A stretch of 64,000 nt of DNA from Pavona decussata. Lineage: Eukaryota. The first letter of the stretch is position 1, and each line of letters opens with the position of its first letter. The notes beneath the pieces are model-generated. The model did no database searches. It was not told the DNA's origin and saw only the letters and a list, made by a program, of their open reading frames with translations. Shown piece by piece: positions 10,963 to 22,209 of the stretch. The stretch spans positions 620,001 to 684,000 of the forward strand of contig CDRNST010000054.1 of NCBI GenBank assembly GCA_977016875.1, written 5' to 3'. Made by a program: the position numbers and the translations under genes.

Positions 10963-11893
10963 TAAAATTCATAACAGGTATGTCCAATAAATACAATGTA
11001 GGCAGTATTTGAGTCATTTGAGTAAACCCCAATACAAATCAACTTGGTTGATGATTATTGAACAGTAGAATTAACTTTTGATACAAACATCTGCTCAGCT
11101 GATTAGTATTCATTAACTTTCCATACACATCTGTACTCATTGTTTCACTTCACAAGTACGATGAAATATTTGCGTTCGATCTGTATGGGCATTTACAGTG
11201 GCTCGCCTTTGGCTCACAATAGTAAACGCCCATACAGATCTCCAGCTCGTATTTTTACTACTACTTACTAAATAATATTTCTCTAATTTTAATGTGTACA
11301 TACCACTCTCGGAAACAACGTTGCTGGTTGTTGTTCTTTGTTTTGAAAGTGCACCTATTAAAAAGCAACTTTCAGGTTTACACAGAAAAGGCATGAAAAG
11401 TAGTAAAATATTACTAAGCCCCCCCCCCCCCCCCACCCCAATGTACATGTAGTTTTGTGACAAAAAAGAAAACCCCCAATTCTATTATTATTAACAGAGT
11501 TTTACATCCCTTGAGCCTTATTTTATAAAACAGGCTTCAGATCACCTGTTCCAATCCAGTGGATATAAAGTGTTTGTAGATAGGAAATACATAATTGAGT
11601 GGATAGATAATTATTCAGCATGGCTATAAATTTTAACATCCACCTGGGGCCAGATGGATATCAATTTTTTTTATATATCTGTACCTTTGTCAGATGTTTC
11701 ACCAGCAAAATTGGAAGAAAGCACTTTAGGACCTACAGAAAAAAAATCAACAAGTCAAGTATTAAACAAATTATAAAGAACCAAATACCTCCTCCTACTT
11801 TTAAATAGGAATTTATATATAGGCAAAATTATAAAACAAATGTTTTAGATATTAAATATAATTGAATCCATATTAATTTGAATAATAACCGAC

Positions 11894-12544
11894 CTGTTTC
11901 TTGCGGGGGTGTACATTGACTGGTGCATAATAAGCTATCTTCAGAACGGCCTTCCTGTAAAAAGTTCAAAATGGAAATATATTAAATACAAAAGGTTTCA
12001 TATATTATAAAGCTCAGTGATGTATAAAAGCAAAACAATTCATAACAGTCTTAATACCTTTTTCAGCAACCGAAGCTTTGCTCTGTTGTTTATAACTGCA
12101 GTAGTCTCTAAATCGATAAAATCGTCCCATTCGCGATCGTATTGCTGCACCAAAATGTCACATCCTACCAGTATATCAAATGCATGTTGTATTGGTGGTA
12201 AAGCCTCGCTGAGAGTTATTCCAGCTTTTTTTTTTTTTACTTTCACCAAACTCTACGAGGGCCTGCAGTAAAAAGTATAAGGTATTTGTCATCAGTTTTG
12301 TGTGAATGCATGATCAACCAAGCAAATAAAAACAGAGAACGGCAGATCACATGGCAACCAGACTCATACATATTTATAAAAAGCCCACATCGAAGGCCGG
12401 AAATACCGAAAGGATTTACATAAAAACAATCGTGTTACTTTCGTAAGTAATATTTTTGGCAATTAAGAGAAGGATGGCAAGCACGAAATAAGGATAAAAC
12501 AAGATTTCGAATGTCAACAGATTACTCACGTTTCTTTCCGCCAT
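11894..12544 (-). CDS. 5' exons of the upstream gene of the Zator-like element (MAERN / ALVEFG..ILVQQYDREWDDFIDLE..KK / EGRSEDS..), partly degenerate
   Basis: ATG at 12544 in aaaATGG context followed by a gtgagt donor; AG/GT-bounded exons at about 12058-12262 and 11894-11955; frameshift in an A-run in exon 2; further candidate exons near 11140-11355 and 9850-9908. Confidence 0.55.
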
Positions 12545-12757
12545 TTTGTAGTCTTCTAGGTCGGTCCCAGTCTCTTACGAGAGACTCCACTCCTCCTGCA
12601 AAAAATATTCCCCGGTCCGCATACCGAAGAAGCAAATCTCATCCAAAACCCCGTGTACCGGGGCACTGTTGATTGTCAAACGTTAACTTTGTCCCCGCTA
12701 AAGTCCCCGCATTGCCCGGGTTGGGGGGGCCGGGGATTTACATTGACTGGTGCATAA

Positions 12758-14378
12758 TACCAAGGAATGTTATAAGCTGTCCACAGTTTGTTGCACCACA
12801 TTCACACTTGATTGTATAGTTGTCACAACACATGTGCATAGGATGGGGAAGACTGACGGTTGATTGTAATATTTAGGCTTCAAAGCAAGGATTTATTCTG
12901 CATACAATTCAAGATACGCACAAGATGGCCGATTACAAAAGCACATGGCCCCCAACATGCAATGGGGTCTTTCTAACTACAACACCGAAGTCTGATGTAG
13001 TTAACAACTAATTCAACATTGATCCTCTGTTAAAATTACAGAGAAGAGTCTTCCTTCTACAGTCGCTTGTTTTGAGATTATTTTTCATGTCTTTGTCCAC
13101 ATGGTTTAGAAATAAATCTTTGTAAATGACATATGCCTCACTCTGCTTTCCACCTCTTCCCGCACGACCAGTCTCTTGAATGTAAGCCTCTATGTTTTCT
13201 GATGGCCCAAAATGTGTGGTGCAATAAACACCCTTGCAATTGACACCCATTCCGAAGGCAGTAGTAGCCACTAATATTCTCACTGGGGAATCTTGCTTTT
13301 GAAAAGCATCTAAGATGGCTTCTTTGTTTTGATTAGGGGTGCATGAATGTAACATCTCCAGAACAAATTTCCTCATGTCATTTGTACTGTCAGCATACAG
13401 TTTGTCACCAAGCATTCCTCTTAATGTGGAATAAATTGTGCCACATTCCCTTATTGTTTCACAGTAAATAACTGTCCGAATGGCCTTGATTTTCGCCTCT
13501 GTTATTTCATCCACCAGCCACTGAAAATATTCTTCAATCGGTTTGTCATTTCTCATGAAAAGACAATGTTTGTCTTGTTCGGACTTTCAGAAATAACATA
13601 AGGATCTTTCATTAACAATATCTCTATGATGGTTTCTCGGGTGCAACTTGTGGCTGTAGCAGTTAAAGTTAAGATGTTCGCTGTTGGAGCAAGTGATCTT
13701 AAATAACTCTGAATAAGTTTCTCTAAATCAGCCGTTTTACTGTTGTTTGAAGTGCCACTTAAGAGTAAATAAAAATCAAAATTTACCTAAAGCACATACA
13801 GATGTTAACAGGCTTTGATTCGAATTAGGATCTAAATTTAAGCTTACAGTTCAGTAGATTTTTAGATTTTAAGCTGAGCTTTAAGATGCATGTCACGGGC
13901 GTTTGCAGCTAGAAATGGGCAGTCATAAATCGTACATAAACAATAATTCTATGCTTACCATTGCTTTATTACGTGAGCTTCGTCCACGGCAATTGCACAA
14001 AGCTTCAACCTGTAAATTTGGCTGGACAACACCTTTATCCAGTGTTCGTTTTTTAACCATGCTTCCGGACATCCATATACAATTGAAATTTTTCCTTTCA
14101 CAACACCCTTTGCATTTTCCTCAGTGATTTCACAGAGAGAAACAGCAAGAATTCCAAGATTTGCCAGTTTGTCTATCTGGTCTTTCATAAGATTTACAAC
14201 AATGACCAACAACTTCAAGAATTGAATCGTAAACAAACGGTAGAGCTTGATAAGTGACTTCCCATAACCAGTTTTCTTCTTCACAAATTGCACTATGGCT
14301 TCTCTTTGATACGCATTCAACTCCCTTATACCAAACATTTCGCACACATGACCAAAAGCCGCATTTAAGTCGGCCATC
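12758..14378 (-). pseudogene. AcademH-type RecQ-like helicase, degenerate
   Basis: Motif I remnant TGYGKSL, IVYGCPEAW, AVDEAH, motif III LTAT, VRILVATTAFGMGVN, HFGP..YIQETGRAGR, CRR..CCD zinc region; frameshifts and one intron. Confidence 0.85.
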
Positions 14379-14469
14379 TTGTCCCGGGAAATATTTTTAA
14401 TTACAAACACGAGTTTCCCAAAGTTAAGAAATGGCTTCTGATTGGTCTGCAGTCGAAGCACAGAAGTTG

Positions 14470-14542
14470 CTGTTCGAATCAGCAGACGTTTGTGGGGCAG
14501 GAACACGTGACAAACCCCTCAGAACGTCTGTGTGGGAGGCTA
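14470..14542 (-). mobile_element. Academ-type terminus (TAGCCTCCCACACAGACGTT...)
   Basis: TAG-starting, self-complementary terminal sequence just upstream of the helicase start; matches the mini-element at 51824. Confidence 0.6.
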
Positions 14543-14730
14543 CATTACTGACATTAACTGTCAACAAATTAATGGAATCGATGCTGTAAAGAATGCGTAT
14601 GGTGATTGAAAAGAGAGGGGAACATGCATACATACATAAACTTTATTTATCCTCGAATTTACAGAGTAGCTTTGAATCGTCTCGACTATTAACAGTATTG
14701 CACACATAAACCATTAATTATTAAGCATGC

Positions 14731-14901
14731 ATAGACCCCTATCACTCGGCGGCCATGTTGAGTCTCTGGGGAATAGAAATCTTTGTTTTCGCACGGCAAG
14801 CCTCTGCCAGATGCGATGTTCAGTGCGAGGCTTGCCGTGCAAAAACAAAAGCTTTTTTTTCTCCTGAGACTCGACATGGCCGCCGTGTGACAAAGGTCTA
14901 T
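14731..14901. mobile_element. Palindromic MITE (ATAGACC..GGTCTAT, ISL2EU/Harbinger-type ends)
   Basis: Near-perfect fold-back over about 170 bp. Confidence 0.85.
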
Positions 14902-15380
14902 TGGAATAAACAATTTGAACTGATTATTTCTTTTCAGAAGTGCCAATGATGAATTACACTGTACTGAAACAGATGTAATCGTAGTTTTTTCAACGAGGTT
15001 CCTAATATATAATACCATGCTGTTAATAAACGCATCCATTTCAAATCACGGCTCAATCTACAAACTTATTAATTATTCATGTGTGGTTCCATGGCACAAT
15101 GGTGAAGTGAATTTCATAACATTGTAACATATCCTCACTGCATACTCATTACCTCACCGCATAATATTAGGTTATGGGAAAACTCCGCTCCTGCCCTCAC
15201 CATCATGACATTAACTATTTAACCTGGAAAACAACCAAAAAATCGTTGCATGAACAACAAAACATCGACACAATACTTTATTCCTATCCATTACTCAGAC
15301 TTGTCCTAACAAAAATCAAACAGCTCTGCTATAGCCTAAAGCCTTAAGCTAAGAAAAGGTTAGACCAACATGACTAATAA

Positions 15381-15767
15381 CTAGACAATACACTGGAGGT
15401 TGCTTGGGTGGGAAACCGGGGTTTCGTTAAGAAGTTCAGTTCCAGAGAGGGCTCTCCCAGTGACAAGAAAGAAACTAAGTGTGTTGGACATCCTGGTGTA
15501 ATGTTTTACCATACAACTGCTCCTCCATCCTAGATAATGGGATATCTCATCCTGCGTGCAACCTAACATGCTAAGAGTGTAAGAAAGGCCAAGCCTAAAA
15601 CTGTGAGTAGTCTCTCTGCAATTTATATTGACCTCCGTGAGGTACCTATTCAAATGGTTGTTAACTGCAAAACCCCCAAAAGGACTTTGGATTACCCGCC
15701 GGTCGCCCAAAAAGAAATATCCGTCAGCTAATTGAAAACCCAGTAGCTGAGAGACTGACATATACAT
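15381..15767 (-). pseudogene. Tyrosine recombinase C-terminal half (ALOG-YR element)
   Basis: THSFRLG..HYLGWRS..MVKHY, i.e. the HxxR, GW and catalytic Y motifs. Confidence 0.85.
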
Positions 15768-16809
15768 ATAATTTCATTTGTGCGAATAGTTAGACCAACA
15801 GCCCGAAACTATTTTCATTTTCACCAAACATTCATTTACGCGAAAATACATTCATTAACGATTTTAGCATAAGCAGTAGCATTTAATAGTATTGACATAC
15901 AAGCATTTTATCTTTTGACAGTTATTAGCTTGGAATGTACTTTCATTTGCGCAATTATCAAGTTCAATAGCAGTAATGTGCAAACCTTTGTGCCAATTGA
16001 CAATCATTTTAATGTATGTGATTTTCATTAACGAGTTTTGCATAAACACACATTCTATTGCATCAACAAAAGACCATTTTCTCAAATGCAACATCCTTTA
16101 ATGTGACAATACAAACATTAACGTCTGTGTCCAATAAGCAGAAAGTTAAATTCAACAACTTGACACCTTTACAACTTAGTTATCCTTCAATTTCCTCCCT
16201 ATTTAGGCATGTAATAAGATTAAATTTAGAAATACAGTTGACTATAAAAATTAGCAAAAAAAATGGAACAACATTTTGGTGTCATCTTGGTACCATTATC
16301 AGGTAAAGAATGTTACAGAAAAGATAATTTATACAGAAAGTAAAGGTGTGAAAGGAAGGAAAGGAAAATACTGTATGTCTGCATCAGCTGAAACCATTGT
16401 CCACATTTCGCTGGCGTGAAACTGTAGTCCTGATATTTTGTTGCAATGCTTGTAGCACCAACTGTGAGCATTAGTCGCCCAGTGAAATACTTTGCCGTCT
16501 TGCCTTGTTTCTGTCATTCATCTGAGCTTGTATCTTGGGCCTTGAAATATCTGCTTTAATGGCTGCCTTAAGACAACTTACAGCTTGCTAAACAACGTTT
16601 AAAAATGGGCTTTAGGGCGGTAACATCTTACGCTCACTGGTAGGACTGAGGTTTATAGGGTTGCGGTGAGCTGGCGCTCCATCATAAATAAAAATTACAT
16701 GTTCGTTAGGGTCTAGGTTTAATCTCGCTTGAAGTAAGAAGTTGCTGAATCTTTGGGCATTCATCCCTCCAACGATCCCAGAATGAAAAACAAGGCCATT
16801 CGTTGGTGA

Positions 16810-19800
16810 TGTTGTGTTCTCTAACTGAGCGGCAAGTTAAGAACATGCAGCAAAACATGTATTCCATTCAAGTAGTTTTAATCAACTCATCTGTGTCATT
16901 GATCTCTGCATTACAAACATGTGAGAGGCTCTTAAGTGGAACATTCTAGAGGAATCTATGGTATGCTAGATTGCGTTACATAACATCTCCCCTTTCGAGT
17001 ATAAAATAACATCAAAATGTTAACACAAAACAAATGACATCAAAGTAACCTCAATCTAAAAGAGGTTCTAAATCAACCAGTCTATTTTAGTCCATTGGAT
17101 GAAAATCTTAATCATGATTTACGACAGGTCCTATTCTTTTCAAAGTTCCGTCATGTCCATGTTCATAGTCTATAGGTCGAGTCTATCTGGGGGTTTAATG
17201 ACGCGTCCAGATCTTGAGGTTTTAACATCTGATGAGGTCATCTTTTGTGGACTCACATCCAAAGGTTTGGTTGGTGAACTTTCCACTCGTTTTAAGGGAG
17301 TGTCCTTGATAGTACTTTCTGGCATGACAACGAGATGTCGACGATTACGTCGGATCGAACTGCCAGCTTCAGTTTCAACCATGTAAGATCTTGGCGTTGG
17401 GGCTTTCTCTGTGACCATTGCTGGTGTCTTCTGGTCGGTAACCCATACGCGGTCTCCAGTACTTAATTTGGGAAGTTCAGTGCATCGATGGCTTGAATTG
17501 TAACGGCTTGTTTGGGTTAGTTTGCCTTCTTGTTCATGCGTCCGGACTTTCTCTAGGTCAGGCCATGATGGTTTCAGTTGGTCAGGGAACACCGGAACAG
17601 TTGTTCGGATCTTTCTGCCAAAGAGCATTTCTGCTGGGCTGTATCCGTTCTCCAATGGTGTTGCTCTGTATGACATCAGAGCTTTGGCTGGATCTTTTCC
17701 CTTCTTTAGTGTATTCTTCACCGTTTGCACTGCACGCTCAGCTTTTCCATTGGCCTGAGGCAACTTCGGGCTTGAAGTGATGTGCGTGAAGGAGTAATCC
17801 TTTGAAAACTGGTCAAACTCAGTTGAAGCAAACCGCGGGCCGTTATCAGATCTCAGGATCTCAGGGACTCCGTGTCTTGCAAAGATGGATTTAAGTGCAC
17901 GGATGGTGTCGCTAGACTTCTGAGACGCCGTCAGAAGTGAGACTTCTACGTAGCGTGAGAAGTAGTCCACCACTACCAGGTAGGCTCGTCCGTTCAGGCT
18001 GAACAGGTCAGTATCCAGAATCTGCCATGGTCTTTCAGGAACTGCTGTCGGTATCATCGGTTCTCGGTTTGGCTTCCTATACTCGATGCATTTTCGGCAG
18101 CTCGTGACCATATCTTGTACTTGATTGCTCAACCCAGGCCACCAGACTGAGTCCTTGGCTCGTCGTCGACACTTGACAATTCCTTGGTGTCCTTCGTGAA
18201 TTTGTTCTAGGATCTCCAGGCGCATACTTGAGGGGATAATGAGTCTAGAGCCCTTGAGGAGTAGTCCACGTACTTGGGAAATCTCGCCTCTTGAGCTCCA
18301 GTACGGACTCAGTGAACTTGGGATCTTGTGGAAATCAGGCCAACCTTCTTCGCAGTATTCAAGAAGCTTCTTACACACCGGATCTTCTTGCTGCTTAGCA
18401 GAGATCTCCTCAAGACGCTTGTCCGTGGCGGGTAGTTGAAGCAGAACACTGTCAACATAGAGGTCAATCTCTTCTTCTTTCGCGTGGCTAGGCGTTGGCT
18501 GTAAAGGTGCTCGTGACAACGCATCGGCAGTTACCAGGTTTTTACCCGGAACATGGGAGATTGTAAAGTGGAATCGCAGGAGTCGCATTCTCAATCTCTG
18601 AATTCTTGGCGGCATCTCGTCAAGATTCTTTGATCCTAGTAGCGGTACGAGAGGTTTGTGGTCTGTTTCGACGTGAAACGTTTTGCCAACTAAGTAATCG
18701 GCCAATCTCTCGCACGCCCATGTAGTAGCTAGTGCCTCTTTCTCAATTTGGGCGTATCTTTGCTCAGTGCTTGTCAAGGCTCGTGAGATGAACGCCACTG
18801 GTTTCCAGTAACCCTCTGACTGCTTTTGGGTCAACACGGCTCCAATTCCATATGACGAGGCGTCTGCTGAAACTGTCGTCTCCAACTGTGGGTCGTAAAT
18901 CGCCAGAACTGGGGTTGAAATCAGCTGTCTCTTGATCTCTTCGAACGCTTCCTTCTGTGCTGTGTCCCAGAGCCAAGCGCTATCTTTGGTAAGCAGTTCT
19001 CTTAGGGGTTTACTGGTCTGAGCTAAGTTGGGTAGGTACTTGCCCATTTGGTTGACCATTCCTAGAAATCTTCTCAAGTCTGAGACATCAGATGGGGCCT
19101 TCATCCGCTTGATCGCTTCAACTTTCGAAGGGTCAGCTTGAATCCCGTCTTTGCCGATCACGTGACCCAGGAACTCAACGTTTTCCTTGGCAAATTCACA
19201 TTTCTCGAGGTTGAGGGTTACTCCATGCTCTTCAAGGCGTCGTAAGACTGCTTCTAAACGCTCGTCGTGCTGTTCATAAGAGTTTCCGAACACTAGGATG
19301 TCATCCACTTGACATTCCACTCCTTCCAGTCCAGCCAGGATGTACTGCATGGTTTTCTGGAAGTGTTCTGGGGCGGATGAGATTCCGAACAGGAGTCGTT
19401 TGTAGCAGTACCGTCCCCAGGGCGTAATGAAGGTAGTAAGCAGCTTAGACTTGGGGCTGAGTTTCCTCTGCCAAAACCCAGAGTTCGCGTCCAGTTTTGA
19501 CACGATCTTGGCACCTGTGAGTTTGGCGAGTGTCTGCTCTGTGGTGGGCATGGGATGGTTCTCTCGTTGAACTGCTTTGTTAAGCTGGATAAAGTCTCCG
19601 CATATCCGTACTTTTCCATTTTTCTTGGGAACGACTACCACTGGAGAACACCATTCTGTGGGTTGATCCACCCGCTCGATGACTTCCATGTCTTCCATAC
19701 GCTTTATTTCGGCTTTCACATTGTCCAGCAGTGGTATTGGAATTCTGCGGGGCGTAGTAAGGTTGAACGGTTTGGCTCCGTCGCTAAGCTTGATCTCATA

Positions 19801-21420
19801 TTCGCCTGGCATACAGCCAAGTCCTTTGAAGAGGTTTGGGTGTGTCTTCTTCATGCGATCTGGGCTTCTCTCAGGTGAAACGACGTCGTCTATTTTCTTG
19901 ATAATTCCAAGCTTGTGACAGGCTGTGCGGCCAAGTAGTGGGCGATCCAGATTATCCAGGACATAAATCTGCTCCTTGCATGACTTGTTTTCATACTTCA
20001 AAGAGGCTTCAAACTCTCCTTTACACTTGAGCTCGTACCCGCAAGGGCCATACAGCTTCTTGGACGTTTTCAACAGGATCGGTTTGTCAGTTATTTCGGT
20101 GAAAATCTTGCTGGGAAGTACTGTGACATCTGCACCGCATTCTAGTTTGAATGTCACGCGATGGCTGTTGATTGTCACGTCAGCTGTCCATGGTTTCTCT
20201 TGCTTGGATACGACTTTGCCAAGAAAGATGTCTGAATCTGAGCTAGAGCTCTCGGCTGCTTCAACTTCATAGACTTTACTCGGTGGTACGCTCGCGTGGC
20301 ACCATTTGGCGAAATGGCCTTGTTTTGAGCACTTGTGACACTTCGCATCTTTTGCAGGGCACGACTGCCTGTTGTGATTTTTAGGGTTTCCACACCTTTC
20401 ACATCCGGTAGTCCGTCTTTTAAACTTGCTGTTGTTTCCATCTCCGCTTGACTTGCTGGGTTGTTTCGGTTTATGTGACCCTCGAGGCCTTCCTGATTTT
20501 GCTTGTTTTTCTTCCAGGGTTTCAACATTGCTTGACGGAATGTGGCTTGATCTTATCACTCCCCGCTGCTTTTTGACAGACTCACTTTGTCTGGCTTGTT
20601 GAACGGCTTTTTCTAGCGTTAAACGTGCGTCAATCTGCAGTTTTTCGCTGAGTTTCTCGTTCCTAAGTCCAACAACTAAGCGGTCACGAATCATCTCATC
20701 CTTCAATGATCCATACTCGCAGAATTCGGCCAGACTATGAAGGGCAGTGATGAAATTTTCCACCGACTCATCTTGACCCTGTGCCCGTTGATTAAATTTT
20801 GCTCGCTCGTAGATTACGTTTTTCTTCGCGACAAAATGACTGTTGAATTTTGCTTTCACAGCATCATATTTGTGTGCATCTGACTCATCTGCGAAGACAA
20901 AACTGGCCATGATGTCTTCTGCATCACCACCCATGGCGTAAATAAGGGAATTTACTTGAAGGTCTTCTGCTTGGCTTTGTAAGCCTGAGACGATGCGGTA
21001 CCGATCAAAGCGTTTTAGCCACCGTGACCATTCTTCGTAATTTGAAAAGTCGAAGGATTTTGGCGGTTTAACTGGTAATAACTGCTGAGAAGTTGTCCCT
21101 TCTGCACCTCTGTCTGCATTCGAGGTTTCCCCTTCTGTTCCCGGCATCCTGGTAACAGGCTGAAGGAGGGCTAAATCGAACACTGCCACGAAGAAATACA
21201 GTTACGGTGAATGGTTTAGGCCGTTTAAAACGGTTCTGACACCATGTTGTGTTCTCTAACTGAGCAGCAAGTTAAGAACATGCAGCAAAACATGTATTCC
21301 ATTCAAGTAGTTTTAATCAACTCATCTGTGTCATTGATCTCTGCATTACAAACATGTGAGAGGCTCTTAAGTGGAACATTCAAGAGGAATCTATGGTATG
21401 CTAGATTGCGTTACATAACA
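16810..21420 (-). mobile_element. Full-length Gypsy (Mag/K02A2.6-like) LTR retrotransposon
   Basis: 176-bp TG..CA LTRs at 16810-16985 and 21245-21420 (2 mismatches), GGTGA TSD, PBS TGGTGTCAGAA (tRNA-Leu-type), PPT AAAGGGGAGA. Confidence 0.97.
17170..21189 (-). CDS. Gag-Pol polyprotein (gag with CCHC knuckles, protease, RT, RNase H, integrase)
   Basis: 1339-aa ORF: CHKCSKQGHFAKWC, FKLECGAD, LDANSGFWQ, CQVDDILV, DASSYGIG, HEGHQG..CRKC, SDNGP, NGKAERAV. Confidence 0.95.
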   Translation of the reverse strand: MAVFDLALLQPVTRMPGTEGETSNADRGAEGTTSQQLLPVKPPKSFDFSNYEEWSRWLKRFDRYRIVSGLQSQAEDLQVNSLIYAMGGDAEDIMASFVFADESDAHKYDAVKAKFNSHFVAKKNVIYERAKFNQRAQGQDESVENFITALHSLAEFCEYGSLKDEMIRDRLVVGLRNEKLSEKLQIDARLTLEKAVQQARQSESVKKQRGVIRSSHIPSSNVETLEEKQAKSGRPRGSHKPKQPSKSSGDGNNSKFKRRTTGCERCGNPKNHNRQSCPAKDAKCHKCSKQGHFAKWCHASVPPSKVYEVEAAESSSSDSDIFLGKVVSKQEKPWTADVTINSHRVTFKLECGADVTVLPSKIFTEITDKPILLKTSKKLYGPCGYELKCKGEFEASLKYENKSCKEQIYVLDNLDRPLLGRTACHKLGIIKKIDDVVSPERSPDRMKKTHPNLFKGLGCMPGEYEIKLSDGAKPFNLTTPRRIPIPLLDNVKAEIKRMEDMEVIERVDQPTEWCSPVVVVPKKNGKVRICGDFIQLNKAVQRENHPMPTTEQTLAKLTGAKIVSKLDANSGFWQRKLSPKSKLLTTFITPWGRYCYKRLLFGISSAPEHFQKTMQYILAGLEGVECQVDDILVFGNSYEQHDERLEAVLRRLEEHGVTLNLEKCEFAKENVEFLGHVIGKDGIQADPSKVEAIKRMKAPSDVSDLRRFLGMVNQMGKYLPNLAQTSKPLRELLTKDSAWLWDTAQKEAFEEIKRQLISTPVLAIYDPQLETTVSADASSYGIGAVLTQKQSEGYWKPVAFISRALTSTEQRYAQIEKEALATTWACERLADYLVGKTFHVETDHKPLVPLLGSKNLDEMPPRIQRLRMRLLRFHFTISHVPGKNLVTADALSRAPLQPTPSHAKEEEIDLYVDSVLLQLPATDKRLEEISAKQQEDPVCKKLLEYCEEGWPDFHKIPSSLSPYWSSRGEISQVRGLLLKGSRLIIPSSMRLEILEQIHEGHQGIVKCRRRAKDSVWWPGLSNQVQDMVTSCRKCIEYRKPNREPMIPTAVPERPWQILDTDLFSLNGRAYLVVVDYFSRYVEVSLLTASQKSSDTIRALKSIFARHGVPEILRSDNGPRFASTEFDQFSKDYSFTHITSSPKLPQANGKAERAVQTVKNTLKKGKDPAKALMSYRATPLENGYSPAEMLFGRKIRTTVPVFPDQLKPSWPDLEKVRTHEQEGKLTQTSRYNSSHRCTELPKLSTGDRVWVTDQKTPAMVTEKAPTPRSYMVETEAGSSIRRNRRHLVVMPESTIKDTPLKRVESSPTKPLDVSPQKMTSSDVKTSRSGRVIKPPDRLDL

Positions 21421-22209
21421 GGTGAAATGGCCATGGTAACTGTCACGTTTTCCCACGCTGTCCAGAGACCTGCCGGTATACTCTCTCTCCTCTTCTTTCC
21501 CTGCCTTGACTTCTCACGGTCCAAATGTTGTACCCGGACTCATCCACAAAGACGCTATGGAACAGCACAGCATGGCCCATGAACCAGTTGGTGTAATCTA
21601 CCCGTTTCGGTACATCTGGTCTATTTCTATCAGCTGGGAGAGGCCTAGCCACTTTTAATGAAAAAGCATCCCCTCCAGCATTCTCGCAACTGTGCGTTCA
21701 TGAATCCTCAATTTGCAGGGAGGCGTACCCTAAGCTCACATTTCATCTGGGCCAAAGTTAACGGACAGTTCTACTTGAAAATGTCATTGAGACAGTCTCT
21801 CATCTCGTTATCAACTCTAACATTGTTTCTGCCTCCACTTGGTCTTATTGCGATTCTTCCTTCACGAATTTATCAAGCTACAATACTTCTTGCAGTTGAC
21901 ATGTCGCCTCCTAAAGTGTCCACTACAAGTAGGTAATCTTCGTTTTCATCTTCAAACGCCCTGATAATCCTTTCAGGGTGTTCAAGCGGTATTCTCTTTT
22001 TTTAGGCGTATCTGTCGCAAATTTACTTCCAAAAATTCTTCTCCTATTGCATCTCTTAAACGTTCTCACAAAAAAATCCCTTGAAATTATGTTGCGTTAT
22101 TGAAAACTCTATTTCTTTAATGTTTGTTGAAAATGTGTTCTTGTTTGTATTTCTGCGCTCTTGTGAAATTATTTGTCGGTTAAAGGTACTAGAATGTGAG
22201 TGTTTATGC

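Larger units (their letters stand above)
4521..12754 (-). mobile_element. 8.2-kb Zator/TP36-like DNA transposon with ~53-bp TIRs and TAA TSD
   Basis: TIR TGCACCAGTCAATGTAAATCCCCG..AACCCGGGCAA..GCGGGGAC at 4521-4573, inverted at 12702-12754; TAA at 4518-4520 and 12755-12757; large DDE transposase inside. Confidence 0.9.
16500..22050 (-). pseudogene. Tc1/IS630-type transposase split by the Gypsy element (pieces about 22050-21421 and 16809-16500)
   Basis: HTH region, VFVDESGYN, IFIYDGAPAH, LPP*SPFLNVV*QA; multiple stops. Confidence 0.85.

Noticed and set aside
12758-14378. Host RecQ/WRN/BLM gene
   Set aside because: Compact, degenerate, bounded by an Academ-type terminus and lacking host-type flanking domains; better explained as an AcademH helicase
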